Assembly: GCF_009914755.1 (NCBI RefSeq)
Contig: NC_060926.1
Length of the DNA: 64,000 nt
Source of the DNA: the human T2T-CHM13v2.0 reference genome, Homo sapiens
Reading direction: 5' to 3' (one strand)
The stretch's first letter is position 1. Each line of letters begins with the position of its first letter. Positions 13,195-27,187 of the stretch are shown piece by piece. Position numbers and translations under genes: made by a program. The notes under the pieces were generated by a model. It saw nothing but the letters and a program-made list of their open reading frames with translations. It was not told where the DNA came from and did no database searches.

Positions 13195-13480
13195 AAAATG
13201 CTATTTATTCATTCAGTAAATACTCACTGAAGATCTCCTGTATCTCTTATATGCCAGGCACTGGAATATGTCTTGGAGGTTTAGCACTGAACCAGACCAA
13301 CAGGGTGTCTGTCTCCACAAAACACTCTCTATATCCAGGGAGGCAGATATTAGGAAAATATGTTGATATAAACAATTAATGAAATCTAGCAGTGATTAAG
13401 TGCTAAAAAAGAAAAGTATAGGGTGGGAGGATATACTGAGCAAGGACCTAACCTCATCTGGAAGGGTAGGAGGCTTTTAG
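13195..13480 (-). mobile_element. L2 fragment
   Basis: tttattcattcagtaaatactcactga...atgccaggcactgg (reverse L2 3' end). Confidence 0.7.
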
Positions 13481-14499
13481 AAAATACTAATAGATTAACT
13501 CCCAATTTTCAAGGTTCCAAGTGTTTCAAGATCTCAGGCAGCTTCTACTACAGACAACTAGATAATAATGGCTAGAGTTTCCTTGAAGAAAGGAAAGAGA
13601 CAACAAGGCACTTCATTTGAGGAAGAGTTGCGCTCCTCATCACAGTAAGCACCCAGTAGCATTTTTGATTTAGTGGGAGAGCTTGAGGGTCCCAGGGCAT
13701 TGTGCAGTAATCCAGAGTGTTCACAAAGGGAAGAAGGTCATCAGGAGATAGATGGAGGTACTTCTAGTTCAAATTTAGTCTATTCTATGCTATTTCTAGT
13801 CTTCAGAGCTCCTTCCTGAAACGGAGGTTACAAAGTCACACAAAACAAATCCTTTGTGATTGCAGGACTGAACTTATAATGTTTGGGTGTCATGAAAAGT
13901 TTGCTATACCTAGATTTATGTAATCTGGTTTGCAAAAACATTGTGAGTCAGCACATCAATTCTATTTTTTCTAAATCTGGGAAGCCTGCACAATGTTCTA
14001 CAGAGAAGCTTAACCTGTGGAATGACTAGGGAAAAATGCATAAAAACAACACACATGATGCCTGAAATGTGAAAGTAAATTAAATCGCAACTTTCTTTTT
14101 GTTCCTGTTATCCTATGATGCACTGTAAAAAATTACAAAACATCTAATACTTATCTAATGAGAGATGAATAGAACTTTAAACCAATGCAACCGGAGACAT
14201 GACAGTGGAATAATTTGTGTTCATCATGAAGGTTTCCAGTCTCTGAATTCCTTTTCTCATTCAGGTTGAGGACAGTCCTACTGTGCCACTCTACCAAGCC
14301 CTGGTTTTACAGACTTGTACTCAGAAGTCTCCTATGGGTATCATTAACACATTCCCCTACCCTAAAAACAGTCGCCTATATCACTGTAAGTTAAAGTTCC
14401 TTAAAACACAGATAAGTGTTAGAGTAAGTCTGACCTGGAAGTCTTCTGCCTTCAAGATTGGCATTCTTTCCATTTTACCATTTTCCTTTTCTAAAAAGA

Positions 14500-14930
14500 A
14501 ATCTTAGAAGTAATTTAATCCATTCTTCCCTATAAACAGAGTCTCTTCCACAATCCTGAAAGCAGTTGTCCTACTGTTTACTTAAGTACTTCTAGCTATG
14601 AGGATTTTAATACTAAAAAACCTTTACTGCAATGTTGAATACCTCTAAATGTGAGAAAGTCTGTTCTGAAATGAATTTCACCTCCTTGCAGCTCTCAGCT
14701 GCCCTCTAAGCTAGGTATAGCAATTTTGTCTCCTACTCTACAAGAAAAATCTTCAAATGTTTGAATAGACTTGTGTCTTCCCTCAATTTCCCTTTTGCTA
14801 GGGAAACATTCCTAGCTCCTCCAACTCTCAAATCTGTATCATTTTCATACATCCTCTGGACATATTTCAATACATCAAGTTTCTCTTAAAATGTGCTGTC
14901 CAAAGTAGAATGTAATAATCAAACACTGTA
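14500..14930 (-). mobile_element. CR1/L3 LINE fragment
   Basis: cttcaaatgtttgaatag...tcctagctcctccaac...tcttaaaatgtgctgtccaaagtagaatgtaata resembles antisense L3. Confidence 0.5.
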
Positions 14931-15909
14931 AAGAGCCATACACTGGTAAAACAATGTGAGAACATTTTTTCACGGTTGTATAACAATTTGGGGCCATATT
15001 ATTGTCTATAATAATAGTTTTTTAGATGAACTTCTATAATTGTGCAATTTATATTTTGAACTTTAAGCAATTTACAAAAAGTTCTCTTTGTTAAATAATA
15101 TTTTGTTGATTCTAATGTAGTGCCATAGATCATTTCAAATCTATATTACATCATCTACCTAAATTGTCCACTGCAATGATTTTTTTTAAAATTTTTAATC
15201 ACTATGAGTACAGAGTAGGTGTATATATTTATGGGGTATATGGGACGACTGAAGCAATTTTGTGAGAGCTGCAAATTTAAAAATAATACCCTTAATCCCT
15301 CCTCTAACTGTGATGAAAATATGAAGCAGAATGTAGCAAATGCAGAAGCTTTGGTCAATCCAAAGCACATTTCATTCAGGTTGGCATTCAAACTAACTGC
15401 CATAAGTTTAAATCCATTCCCTCCATTGTTAATAGCACATCTGAGTCTCCATAGCACACAATTACCTAATCATATTCCATAATCTTATACATTAACATGG
15501 GACATGTTATATGGTTCTCTAAAATAAAATATACAATGTTTTAAAATATCAACCCATTTTTCATTTAGAGAGAAGATTTGACTTTTTCTTTATGAATTTG
15601 AATTGGTCTCTGATGTTTATTGAATTTTTCTAAAGCATTAAATATATCTGTTAATAACCATTTTAAGACTTGCCTGTTGACCAATACTGATTTTCTGAAT
15701 CTTCACCCATTGCATATGTGACATTAGTCACACAGAGCAACGTTTTCCCATCTCTTGTCTTCTTAAGACCAATTTATTTGCCACAATTGTACAAAGATAA
15801 TTGCAGTGATTCCAAGATTGTATTCAATACTATAAGTTATTAGAATATAATAAACATTCTCATAAAGCTATTCCTTCACACTGGAAACATATCTATGTTA
15901 TAATTAATA

Positions 15910-17005
15910 ATAATCATACTATTTAATGTTTATCAACTCCTAAAATGTGCTAATTGCTTCACGTGCATGGTTTCATTTAATCTACAGAATAACCCTGTGA
16001 AGCCATTTTCCTATTGCTATCTTGTTTTCAAATGAGTAATTTCAGCCTTATAAAAGTGAAGAACTTCAAGGGTACACATATAAAAATGGAATCGCAGGGA
16101 ATTGTATCCAGATATTTCTGAAACCAAAGTTCTTAATCACTGCATTGCAACGGGTAGATTTCTAGAAAAGAATTTGCTTTATCAAAGGACATGTACATTA
16201 GACATTTTGACAGATACTAGAAATTGCTTTTTTTTGAAAGCATGGGGCAATTTATAAACACATGAATAATCTATGTTAGTGTCCTCAAAAACGCTGGCTA
16301 CTATTAACATTTTGTTTCTGTTGGTAACTTTTTGTTTTGATTTGTATTTTCACTCACTTATGACTGAGCATACTTAAATATGTTTAGAAACTTTTGTTTT
16401 TATTTTTCATGAATTGTTGTTCTTATATTTTGCCCTATTATTTTCTTAAAGAAATTTGTGTTCTTATTGATTTGTGGAAACTCTTTGTATATTAATAATA
16501 TTAAGACATTGTACACTAAATGCACTGCAAACATTTCTTTCCATTCTTAAATTTTTGTTTTATTATATTTAAAGTACCTTTCCTAATAAAATACTTGTTA
16601 AAAGTTTTTGGAAATCACATCTTTAAACTTTTATTTTGTAGCTTGGCTTCTTGCTTTAGAGAGTTTTCTTTTTTCCCAGCTTAAAGTTACAAAAATAATT
16701 CTCACATACTATTGCTAAGATTGTATCTTTAACCCAATCTTTGTAAAATTTCAATACAATTTTATATAGGCCATAGAACATAGTAGTAAGAGGTCATGTT
16801 CATAGTCCAGAGGCATCAGGTTTTAATTTTAATAATCTTGATCACCTTGGGAAAACTACTTAATGTCTCAGTGCCTTAGTATTTTTGCATTTAAAATGAG
16901 GATAATGACAGTACCTACCCTATAGGGATTTTGTAAGGTTTAAATGAGTTAATACATGTAGTATACTTAAAAATTCCTGACTCATAGTAAGTATTCAAAT
17001 CCTAG
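15910..17005. mobile_element. MIR, old L1ME (minus), MIR composite
   Basis: tttcatttaatctacagaataaccctgtga (MIR); tagacattttgacagatactagaaattgc...ctctttgtatattaa (L1M); taatgtctcagtgccttagt...aaaatgaggataatgacagtacctacc (MIR). Confidence 0.65.
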
Positions 17006-17031
17006 CTTCTAATTATTTTAAATTTATTTGG

Positions 17032-17052
17032 TATATATATATATATATATAT
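17032..17052. repeat. (TA)n microsatellite
   Basis: About 10 TA units. Confidence 0.95.
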
Positions 17053-18761
17053 GCACTGTTTTAGTAGAAGTTAGGAATCTGAGTATTTTTTCAAGAATGA
17101 GAAAGCAATTCTTACATCCTTGATTAAATTTTAAACAATTTCTTCACTGATTCACTTTAATTATATTCTGAGATTCCATTTGTATAGTGATCTGTTTCCA
17201 ACGTTTGTAATTTTATGTCTCTAATCTTTACACCAATTTTTTATTTTAGTTTTGAACATATAAAGAAACTGAGGCTTGGAGAGCTTCTATCAAAAGATAA
17301 AGTTAGCAAGATTATTAATGATTTGAAGTTTACACCCACATCTCCCAAAAATGGCTACATTCTTAGAGGTGGTCTTGCTTCTTCAAAGGATATGTACGTT
17401 AAAGATGATGTTTCCACCATATAAAACTTCCTTTTATTATAAAATACTTATGAATGGATTGTATTTTTAGTTGTTATATCTTTTCTTCTTTGACACATTG
17501 TTTTTGTAATGTGATATTATATTATTCATTTTTTTGGACTGCCACCCCACTATTTTGAGGGACACAGAGGCAGGAATCATGTCTGATTCATGTTTGTATC
17601 CCCAGTGCCAAGCAGTGACCATTACGTAGTCAAAAATCAATACATGTTTATAGAAAATAATTTCATTTTAAAAATAATGCACAGTCATGTTGACCATTGT
17701 TCCAAATCCTACAATGTCTTGTGGCCTCTAATCAATTCCAAACCCTTGTCCTCTTTTATAGGTGCCTTCGAGAATAGCTCCATGTAAATCATCTCTCCCA
17801 CTAAAATCCAAAATAGTCCTTCACTTCAGGCATCTGGTTGATCTCACCATCTCAGAATACCTATGTTAATTTCCATTTCTTCCCCATTAATTATAGCTTT
17901 TATCATCAAAAGTTTCTTCATGAAATTTTCCTTCAGTTCTTGGAGCACATTGATTTTTCTTTCTTCCTGAGCCAGCAGTTAGAATTGTTTAATTTTAGAG
18001 GTGCAAATGATCTTGGACTTGATCTAGGTTAAACCCTTCATTTAATAATGAGGAAATGGATGGCTAGCGAGGTTATGAAACTTTCCCTTAGAGTATTCTT
18101 AATGACTGTGGCTCACATTTTAGTTTTCAATTTTGTATTTCTCTTTAATTCTGTACCGATGGGATTAAAAGCTCCTGTGAAGATAGAACTTGCAGTAGAT
18201 TCAGCAATTTACTGAATAAATATTAATTAAGTGCCAACTATGGGCCAAGCAATATTCTAGAATTTAGAGATGCAAAACTACTAGAGATATGAGTTCTGTT
18301 TTTATATAACTATAGTCTGTGGATGATGCAGATATTAACTAAAATAATTGCAAAATAACTATAGATTATTATATAATTACAATTGTGATAACTCTTATGA
18401 AGGAAACCAAATAATGTTATAGAAATAGACTCTAGACTATTTAGTCCCGGCTGGAAGAGAAAGAAATAATTTCTTAAAGAAGTAACATTTCAACTGATAC
18501 CTGAAGAACGAATACAAATTCCACAGGAAAATGGGAGAAAATTTCTTCATGAACAATGAAATTTGTTTCAAAAAATTGAGCCTGAAAGTCATTTGGAATT
18601 TTACAGAAAAAGAGGAACCCAGGGTGGTTAGAGAAATGAAGTGAAGGGAAACAGAGGCAGGAAACTGATTAGGCAAGAAAATTATGTTAAACCATATTGT
18701 GCAAAGTTTGTCATTGAAATTCTATCACTGAAGATTGAAAATCTTATTCAAAGTACTATAG

Positions 18762-19138
<377 letters not shown>

Positions 19139-19969
19139 ATATTTTTCTTTTTCTTAAAAGCATTAGGAAACATAAGCAAAATGGAAATGGGATACCATAA
19201 CCTAGCCTTGGGGAAAGAAGCAGATAGCTTGGCTAAGCTGACAGCTGTAGAGACAGAGAGGTATATATGAATGCAAGAGGTTTGAGTAGATGGTATATAT
19301 AGGACTTGATATTTATAGGGACAAGGGGATGTAATAGATATTTCCTAGTTTTCCAATATTACCACTGGATGAGAGAAGATGGTATCTGTGACCTTCAGAC
19401 AACTGAGGAATAAGGATATTCAAAATTTCAGACTTAGGCCCATAAAGTTTGAGAGGTTTGTGAGAAATCCAAGTGAACACATTATGTATTAATAGAAGAT
19501 TGGTGATACAGTTGAAGGAATATAAACCTGAGTATTATTGGCATCATAATCAATGTTTATCTATGAAAACAAACAAAATCAGTAGGAAAAGAATATCAGC
19601 TATAATCTTAATGAATATAGACATTTTGAGGTGAAGTAGAGGTAGAAATACCAACTAAAGAGTCTGTCAAATAGCCATAATATAAGGGAAAAACCAATAT
19701 ACGATACTGTCAGGAAAGAAAGAAACAAATAGTATATCTGACATAGAGTTGAAACAAAAAAAATGTATGTTTTAATGATGAATGAAACTATTCATCTATA
19801 TTGAATGTTGCCAACAAGTCAATTAAGATGGGCTCGAAAAGCATTCATCGAATTTGACAATATGAAAATCAATGATGACCTAACAGGAGTGGTTTTGTCA
19901 ATGCGGATAGAAGAAATGGGAGAGAAAGTATATCAAATTCAAGTTGGCTGAAGAATGAATGGGCTCCAA

Positions 19970-21520
19970 CTTATAAAACTAACAAAAATTAGTATTCAGA
20001 ACACTCAAAGAATATCTACATATTAAGAATAAAACAAACATTATTCAACAGAAAAGTAGAAAAATATCAATAGGTAATTAATTCATAAAACAGGAATCTT
20101 AATGCTAAAAACATATGAAAAGATGTCCAATTAATAGTTAGAAAAATGTGACAGTGATACAATGAAATACATTGGTAGGCAGCTTCTAAGATGGCTTTAG
20201 ATGATACCCACTCCCTGGTATTCATGCTCCTATGAAACTCCAGCCCCTTGTATGTGGATGGACCTAGAAACTTGCTGCTAATGAATAAAATATAAAAAAC
20301 AGTATTGAGACATCTTTTTCTGAGGTAAGGTTACCAAAAGGCTGTGACTATTCTCTTGCTCATGCTTTCTAACTCTCTTGCTTGCTTTGAATGAAACCAA
20401 CTGCCATATTGTCAGCTGCCCTATAGAATGGTGCTTGTGGCAAAGAACTGAGGGAGGCCCCTTTCCAATAGCCAATGAGAATCTGAGACCCTCGGTATAA
20501 CAGGCATTAGAGACTGAATCCTGGTAATAACACACGAGTAAGCCTGGGTGAATCTCCCCCAACAGAACCTTCAGACAAGAGCCTAGCCCCAGCTAACACC
20601 TTAATTGCAGTGTATGAAAGAACCTGAGGCAGACATATGTATTTAGGCCAAGCCTGGAATCGTAATCCACAGAAACTGTAAGATAAATGTTTCGTTTTAA
20701 GTCATTACATTTTGGGAAAATTTGTTATGCCGTAATAAATAACAAATCTAGGAACCATTTTATACTCTTCAAATAAACAAAAATCTAAAAGTCTGATTAT
20801 AACGAGTATTATTTAAGTATATGGAAAATAAAAACATATCCATGTTCTGATGATAGGAGTTTAAATTGGTTTAACTTCTTTGAAAACCAATTTGACTATC
20901 TCTAGTAAAGGTGAAGATGCTGTACCCTCAGGCTACCAATCCCTCTTCTAAAGAAACACTTTTATGTGAGCAAAGAAATATAAATAAGCATGCACATTGA
21001 GGGTTGCTTATAAGAATGAAAAGCTGGACAAACTAAATATACATCAACATGTGAATGGATAAATAAATTTTGATATATTCATGTTTTAGAACACTAATGG
21101 TAACATAAGCAAAGTAGATCTGCATGTATTAACATAAAGCACAAAAGTATACTAATACTTTGATATAATTTATGTAGACATAATAAAAGATATAAATTAT
21201 ACTTTTATATAGATATGAGATATAAAAAATACTATATATTATTTATGAATAGATACAAATATTATAAACTATAAATATTAGGGTGGAAAGTTTATATATC
21301 TATCTTAAGATAATAGTCAACTCTGGAATGAAAGAATGAAATTAAATGAGATGGGCTTTAGCCATATGGGTAATAAAGTATTTCTTTGGGAGAAAAGAGC
21401 CTAAGAAAATTTCACAAAATATCAACATTAGTTAAACCTGGGGAGGGTGGGCATATAGCTATGTGTTATATTATTCTCTTTGCTTTTCAATATATTAAAG
21501 ATATTTCATAATATTTTAAA
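19970..21520 (+). mobile_element. Old L1 (L1ME-like) 3' portion, split by MLT1F
   Basis: aaacatatgaaaagatgtcc...; taaattggtttaacttctttgaaaaccaatttg; gaatggataaataaattttgatatattcatg. Confidence 0.7.
20172..20748 (+). mobile_element. MaLR solo LTR (MLT1F-like)
   Basis: tggtaggcagcttctaagatggc...cctggtattcatg...gtggcaaagaactgagggaggcc...cagaaactgtaagataaatg. Confidence 0.88.
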
Positions 21521-22360
21521 CTTTGCGAATTTCGAATCAAAATCAGGTAAAGACAGTGTTTGTAGCAAACACTTTCAAGAAGTTTGATGGTGAAAAACAG
21601 GAAAATATTACAGATAGCTGAAGAATTGTGAAGTCAAGAAAGAAGTCATTGCTTTATTTTTTATTACGTTTTAAATAGAAAAAACTAGAATATGTCTGGA
21701 TGATAATGAGAATAATTTGTGCTAACATAGACAAAGAAAGTTGAGCAAATAAATGGGAAAAATAAGCGGGAAACTTCTTCCCAAAAAGAAGTCCTTGGGA
21801 ACATAGGAAGAAATGGAATTCTTCCCAATGTGAGTTCTGAAATGAAATGTAAAATTACAGTCATTACCAGGGCATACATTTCTCCCACTATAATGCAACA
21901 TGAAAAGATAAGATTGGTACAGATGCAGAAAAAATATTTTCAACTTAGGACTCTGTGACAAAATGAAAGTATGAGGCACATCCACAAAAATAGAGGGAAC
22001 AGAAGGGACAGTTTGCAGTCTGAGGATGGGAGAGAAGCTATGAAATAATATTTGCAGAAAAGAGACTGAGAGCTCAATAAAGTTGCAAAATTTCTAGGAA
22101 GTGTTGCAGAGACATTTGAATCTATGGTGTTATCAATCTGCCTAATTATTTATGAAAGAAATGCTGGTAGCAGTAACTATTTTATTATTAAAAATATAAT
22201 CTAGTAGTTTGAGAAGATTGGGATAGTATTTTTGCTTAATGTGCTTTTATTGAAGTATTTAAATGCTGAGCCTAACTGTAAGAAAATGGTGCGTTGCATT
22301 TTGCCACAAACTCAGTTATCTAAGACAAATAGAAACTTTCATAATCCTAAAAATATTATT

Positions 22361-22650
22361 GGCCCAGCTCAGTGGCTCATGCTTGTAATTCAGCACTTTG
22401 AGAGGCTGAGGTGGGTAGATTGCTTGAGCTCAGGAGTTCAAGACCAGCCTGTGCAACATAAGGAAACCCTGTCTCAACAAAAAATACAAAAAGTTATCCA
22501 GGTGTGGTGGCATTCGCCTATAGTCCCAGCTCCTTGGAGGCTGAGGTGGGAGGATTTTTTTGTGCCAAGGAGGTTGAGGCTGCTGTGAGCCATGATCGCA
22601 CTACTGCACTCCAGCCTGGGTGACGGAGCAAGAGCTCGTCTCAAAAAATA
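22361..22650 (+). mobile_element. Alu SINE (AluJ-like)
   Basis: ggcccagctcagtggctcatgcttgtaatt...gattgcttgagctcaggag...tgagccatgatcgcactactgcactccagcctggg. Confidence 0.95.
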
Positions 22651-24339
22651 GATATACTCTATTGATTAAATGTATTGTGAATTTTCTTGGTAAATAAAAA
22701 AAAAATTCAAGGTAAGTCTCAGAAAGTCTAAGTAATATGAGAACCTGGCTAACACAACAGCAACAAACCAATCCTAGAGTTTTCCAAATTATCTAGGATA
22801 AAAAAAGTCAATTTTCATAATTCATCATTTTATCATTCAATAATTTATTTTTTTCCTGTTACTTTATGTGTGTTTTATGATTAGAGTATTAAGATTTGTC
22901 ACTAAATACATTCTGTTGATCTATGTGATATTTGGATTTCCTGAAGGTAAGATTTAGGAAATAAATCATCTAAGATAGCAAGGTGAAAAGTCAGAACAAA
23001 GTTAATTTTATTCTTAACTTGACTAAGGATATAAGATGCAGCCGAAAGAATACTTGATAGAGTCACTAAGCTCAAATTCTAGTCCTGGCACTATCTATCG
23101 TGGGCAAGTCCCTGAGTTCCTCTGGATATCCTTGTCACAAAAGTAGTGAATTCAGTTAAATTATCTCCCACGTCTTACTGTTTCTAAATTTCCTACTCTT
23201 CAGTTCAATAGAATTTGAGAAAGAAGAGTTCCAATAGACTTAGCTATTTCCAGTTTTCTACTGCACAAAGAGAAATATCCTCAATGCAGCCAGACTGTGT
23301 GGAGGATTAACATCTCTTTGATATCACTGTCTTTGTACTCTCAATTCTTGCTTTAACTATGTTGCTTTTTTTCAGGTTCAGAGACAGAAAGAATTTCGAA
23401 GCAAAAGTGAATAGAAGTAAAATAAGAGAAAAGTAAGGGGGGAACATATGTGTATGTTCAATTGGGTGTCTTGATAGCACTGGATGTCCCTTTGAGTTTA
23501 GGGATATAGAAAATGGAGATGGTCATAGACTAGAAAGCTAGAGATCGGATAGAGATGAAAAAGAAAATGCAATAGTATTTGCAATGCTTAGCCCAAATTT
23601 TTGTTAACTAGCATTACATATATGCACTATTTAATTTATTAGAACAATTTAAAAAATCAGAGGAGAGGATGTCAGGAAAATTATAAGTAGATGGCAAAAA
23701 AAAAAAAGGATTTTTAGGAGAGCACTAAGCAATTGGTTTTATAATTACCCCATTAATATGTAATACTAACAATTGGCCTGACAGTCAGGAATTAAATGAA
23801 GTATGAGAAAAAGAATATTCTATGAATACAGTAGTTCTATTTTGGTTCAGCTCTAATAATATTCCCTTTACAAAATATACCTCTGCTGAAAAAGTGGAAA
23901 ACTTTCCCTCAACTTTCATATAACTAGGCTCCATTCCCATGTTGGAAAAAGACTGAATGATTAGGAAACTTTTCGAGTACATGTGTACTTTTAAAATGAT
24001 AAATATAATTGAATACAACCTACTTAGGCATTTGGGGATAGAAGGGTTTTCTTACATAACTTAGTTGATTGGATAACATATTTAGTGGAATATGGAACAA
24101 AAGAACTGCTTATCTGTGTCTTAGCATAATGTTAGACTCTTTGAAATACAAAGAATATTGAGAGACTTTTTGTATCTAGAAATCTCTTCCTTGTTTAAGA
24201 TTCATAATGTGAATAACAATAAACTTGACTTTACCATGCTCCTCTGTTATATTTTGCAAATAGATTCAGTGTTTGGTGCATAGCATCTACTTATAATTAT
24301 TTCTAAATGTGGAGGGGAAGCTCTTGCTGGTCTTTGCAT

Positions 24340-27187
24340 CCTGCATGTGTGATGTGAACATAAGCCCAGGAATGCTGGCAGGCTCTAGAAGCTGAAAAGG
24401 ACGAGGTGAAATGTCTCTTCTGGAGCCTCCAGAAGGCACAGTTCCACTGATACTTTGAGTGTAAGCCCCAGCAACAGGAACCTAATACAGATTTTGGTAC
24501 TGGAAGTGGGGTGCTGCTGTCACAAATACTAAACCTGTAGAAGCTGCTTTAGAATTTGGTAATGGGAAAAAGGTGAACAAATTTTGAAGAACAGGATTTT
24601 AAAAGCCTCCATTTCTTTGAACAGGCTGTTAGTAGAAATCTGAATGTTAAAGGCACTGCTTGAGAGGGCTTACAAGAAACTGAGGAGCATGGTACAGGAA
24701 ACTTACATCATCTTACAGAAAACCTAAATTATCATAAACAGAATGTTGGTGAAAATATAGATTTTAAATATGCTGCTGCTGAGAGCTCAGAAGGAAATTA
24801 GGGACATGTTATTTAAAACTAGGGGATAATGGACCCTTGTTACACAGCGGCAGGAAACAGCTGAATTGTGCCCTATGGTTATAAGCGGTAACAAAACTTG
24901 TCAGCAGTGAACTTGGGTATTTAGCTGAGGAGATTTTCAAGCAAAGGGTTAAAGGTGGGCCTGGCTTCCTCTTGTTGCCTATTGTAAAATGCAAAAGGAA
25001 AGAAATAAATTTAGGGAAGAACTGTTTATTAACAAGGAACCAATACTTTATGATCTGTTAAATTATCAGCTTGTCTTGATTGTAAAAGATGCTAAAATTG
25101 GGAGATACATTGGCAGGAGGATGTGCTTTAGACTAGAAAGCCAAAGATGTGGTTCCACAACCTTTGCTAGCGGCTTAAAAGGATTAAAACTGCCCCAGAG
25201 TATTCAAGAACAGAGAAATGCAAATCAAAGCCACAATGACATACCATCTCATGCTAGTTAGAATGGCAATCATTAAAAAATCAGGAAACAACAGATGTTG
25301 GAGAAGATATGGAGAAATAGGAACACTTTTACATGGTTGGTGGTAGTGTAAATTAGTTCAACCATTGTGGAACTGATTGTGGAAGACAGTGTGGAAATTC
25401 CTCAAGGATCTAGTACCGGAAATACCATTTGACCCAGCAATCCCATTACTGGGTATATACCCAAAGGATTATAAATCATTCTACTATAAAGACACATGCA
25501 CATGTATGTTTATTGCAGCACTGTTCACTATAGCAAAGACTTGGAACCAACCCAAATGCCTGTCAATTATAGAATGGATAAAGAAAATGTGGCACATATA
25601 CACCGTGGAATACTATGCAGCCATAAAAAAGGATGAGTTCATGCCCATTGCAGGGACATGGATGAAGATGGAAACCATCATTCTCAGCAAACTAACACAG
25701 GAACAGAAAACCAAACACTGCATGTTCTCTCTCATAAGTGGAAGTTGAACAATGAGAACACATAGACACAGGGATGGGGAACATCACAAACCAGGGCCTG
25801 CCGGGGGGTGGGGGACTAGAGGAAGGATAGCATTAGGAGAAATATGTAATATAGATGATGGGTTGATGGGTGCAGCAAACCACCATGGCATGTGTATACC
25901 TATGTAACAAACCTGCACATTCTACACATGTATCCCAGAACTTAAAGTAAAAAAAAAGAAAAAAAAATTGAACAGCGAGAACTCTGTGAAGAGATTAGGC
26001 AAGTAGCTGATGAATTCCTTAGCCATCTCAGCAAAACTCAGGAAGAAAGATGGGATTATTTAGGAAAGCTCTTTGGAGGGGCCTCTTGACTAATGGAGCA
26101 AATCTTTGTGATATACATGGGAGATCCAAGAGATTCTTAAGCATGTTTTATCACCAGGAACACTGCCAGCTTGAATTGAAAGAGACAGAGATAGGACAGA
26201 ATGAAAGAAGGCTGCCAGACTCCCAAAATTATACAGGGATGGAAAAGCCTAACACAACTGCTCAGGTACAAGCATACCTATCTTTCAAGAAAAAGGGGAG
26301 AATGACTCTCAGGGCAGAGCTGCACTCCCAGGTGAGGTAGGCGAGAGCCACGCAGGATTATTCCAAGGTCTTGAGGCTTAATGGAGTTTTATTTGTATTT
26401 CTACAAAGTAATATAGCTAAATTTGCTTGGGACCAATAACTCCTTTTTCTTTTTCCTTTTGTTTTCTTCCTCCTTTTCTTCTTTTTAAAATAGGAATATC
26501 TCTAACTTACATATCATTCCTGTCACACCATTCATTGTATTTTGAGTGCAGACAAATTGTTTTCTAGTTTCATCAGTCTACAGATGGAGCAAAATTTTGT
26601 CCCAGGATAGATCATGCAAGATTCTCAATTATACTTGAATTATATGATTTAGATGATTATATTTGGGACTTTTGATCTGACAAAATTTAGATGAGATTTT
26701 GGACTTTAAATTGATGATGTCGTAATTGGATTGAGATTTTTGCAAATGTTGGGATGGTTTTAATATACTTTGCATGTGGATAGATGTAAATCCTTGGAGG
26801 CCAGAGGGTGGACCATACTAAACTGAGTAATGCCCACCCTCAAATAAGTACACATCTTAATTTCTAGAGCCTGTGAATGTTACCTTAATGGTAAAGGAAT
26901 TTTACAAATGAGATTAAGTTAAAGATTTTATTATAAGAAGATTATCCTGGATTATCTAGGTGAGCCCAGTGTAATCATAAACATTCTTACAACAGGGATG
27001 TAGAAAGGTCAGGCAAAGAGAAGCAATGTGATGACAGAAGGAGAGATTGAAGTGATGTGGCACAAGCCAAGGAATGCTGGCAGCCTCTAGAAACTGGAAA
27101 ACACAAGGAATAGATTCTTTCCTGCAGCCTCCAGAAGAAATAAGTTAGCAGGCTGATTTCAGTCCCCAGAAATAGAAAACTAATACA
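24340..27187 (+). mobile_element. MaLR provirus (MLT1D-like): partial 5' LTR, internal region, 3' LTR
   Basis: 5' LTR ends ...cctaataca at 24489, internal starts gattttggtactggaagtgggg; PPT ggccagagggtggac at about 26799-26813; 3' LTR 26814-27187 ends aaactaataca. Confidence 0.85.
25211..25968 (+). mobile_element. 5'-truncated L1 (L1PA7/8-like) inserted in the MaLR internal region
   Basis: agagaaatgcaaatcaaa..., ORF2 C-terminus (EIPFDPAIPLLGIYPKDYKS...KMWHIYT), 3'UTR and A tail. Confidence 0.95.

Noticed and set aside
25377-25748. 123-aa ORF with an intact-looking protein sequence
   Set aside because: C-terminus of L1 ORF2 in a 5'-truncated copy with no promoter
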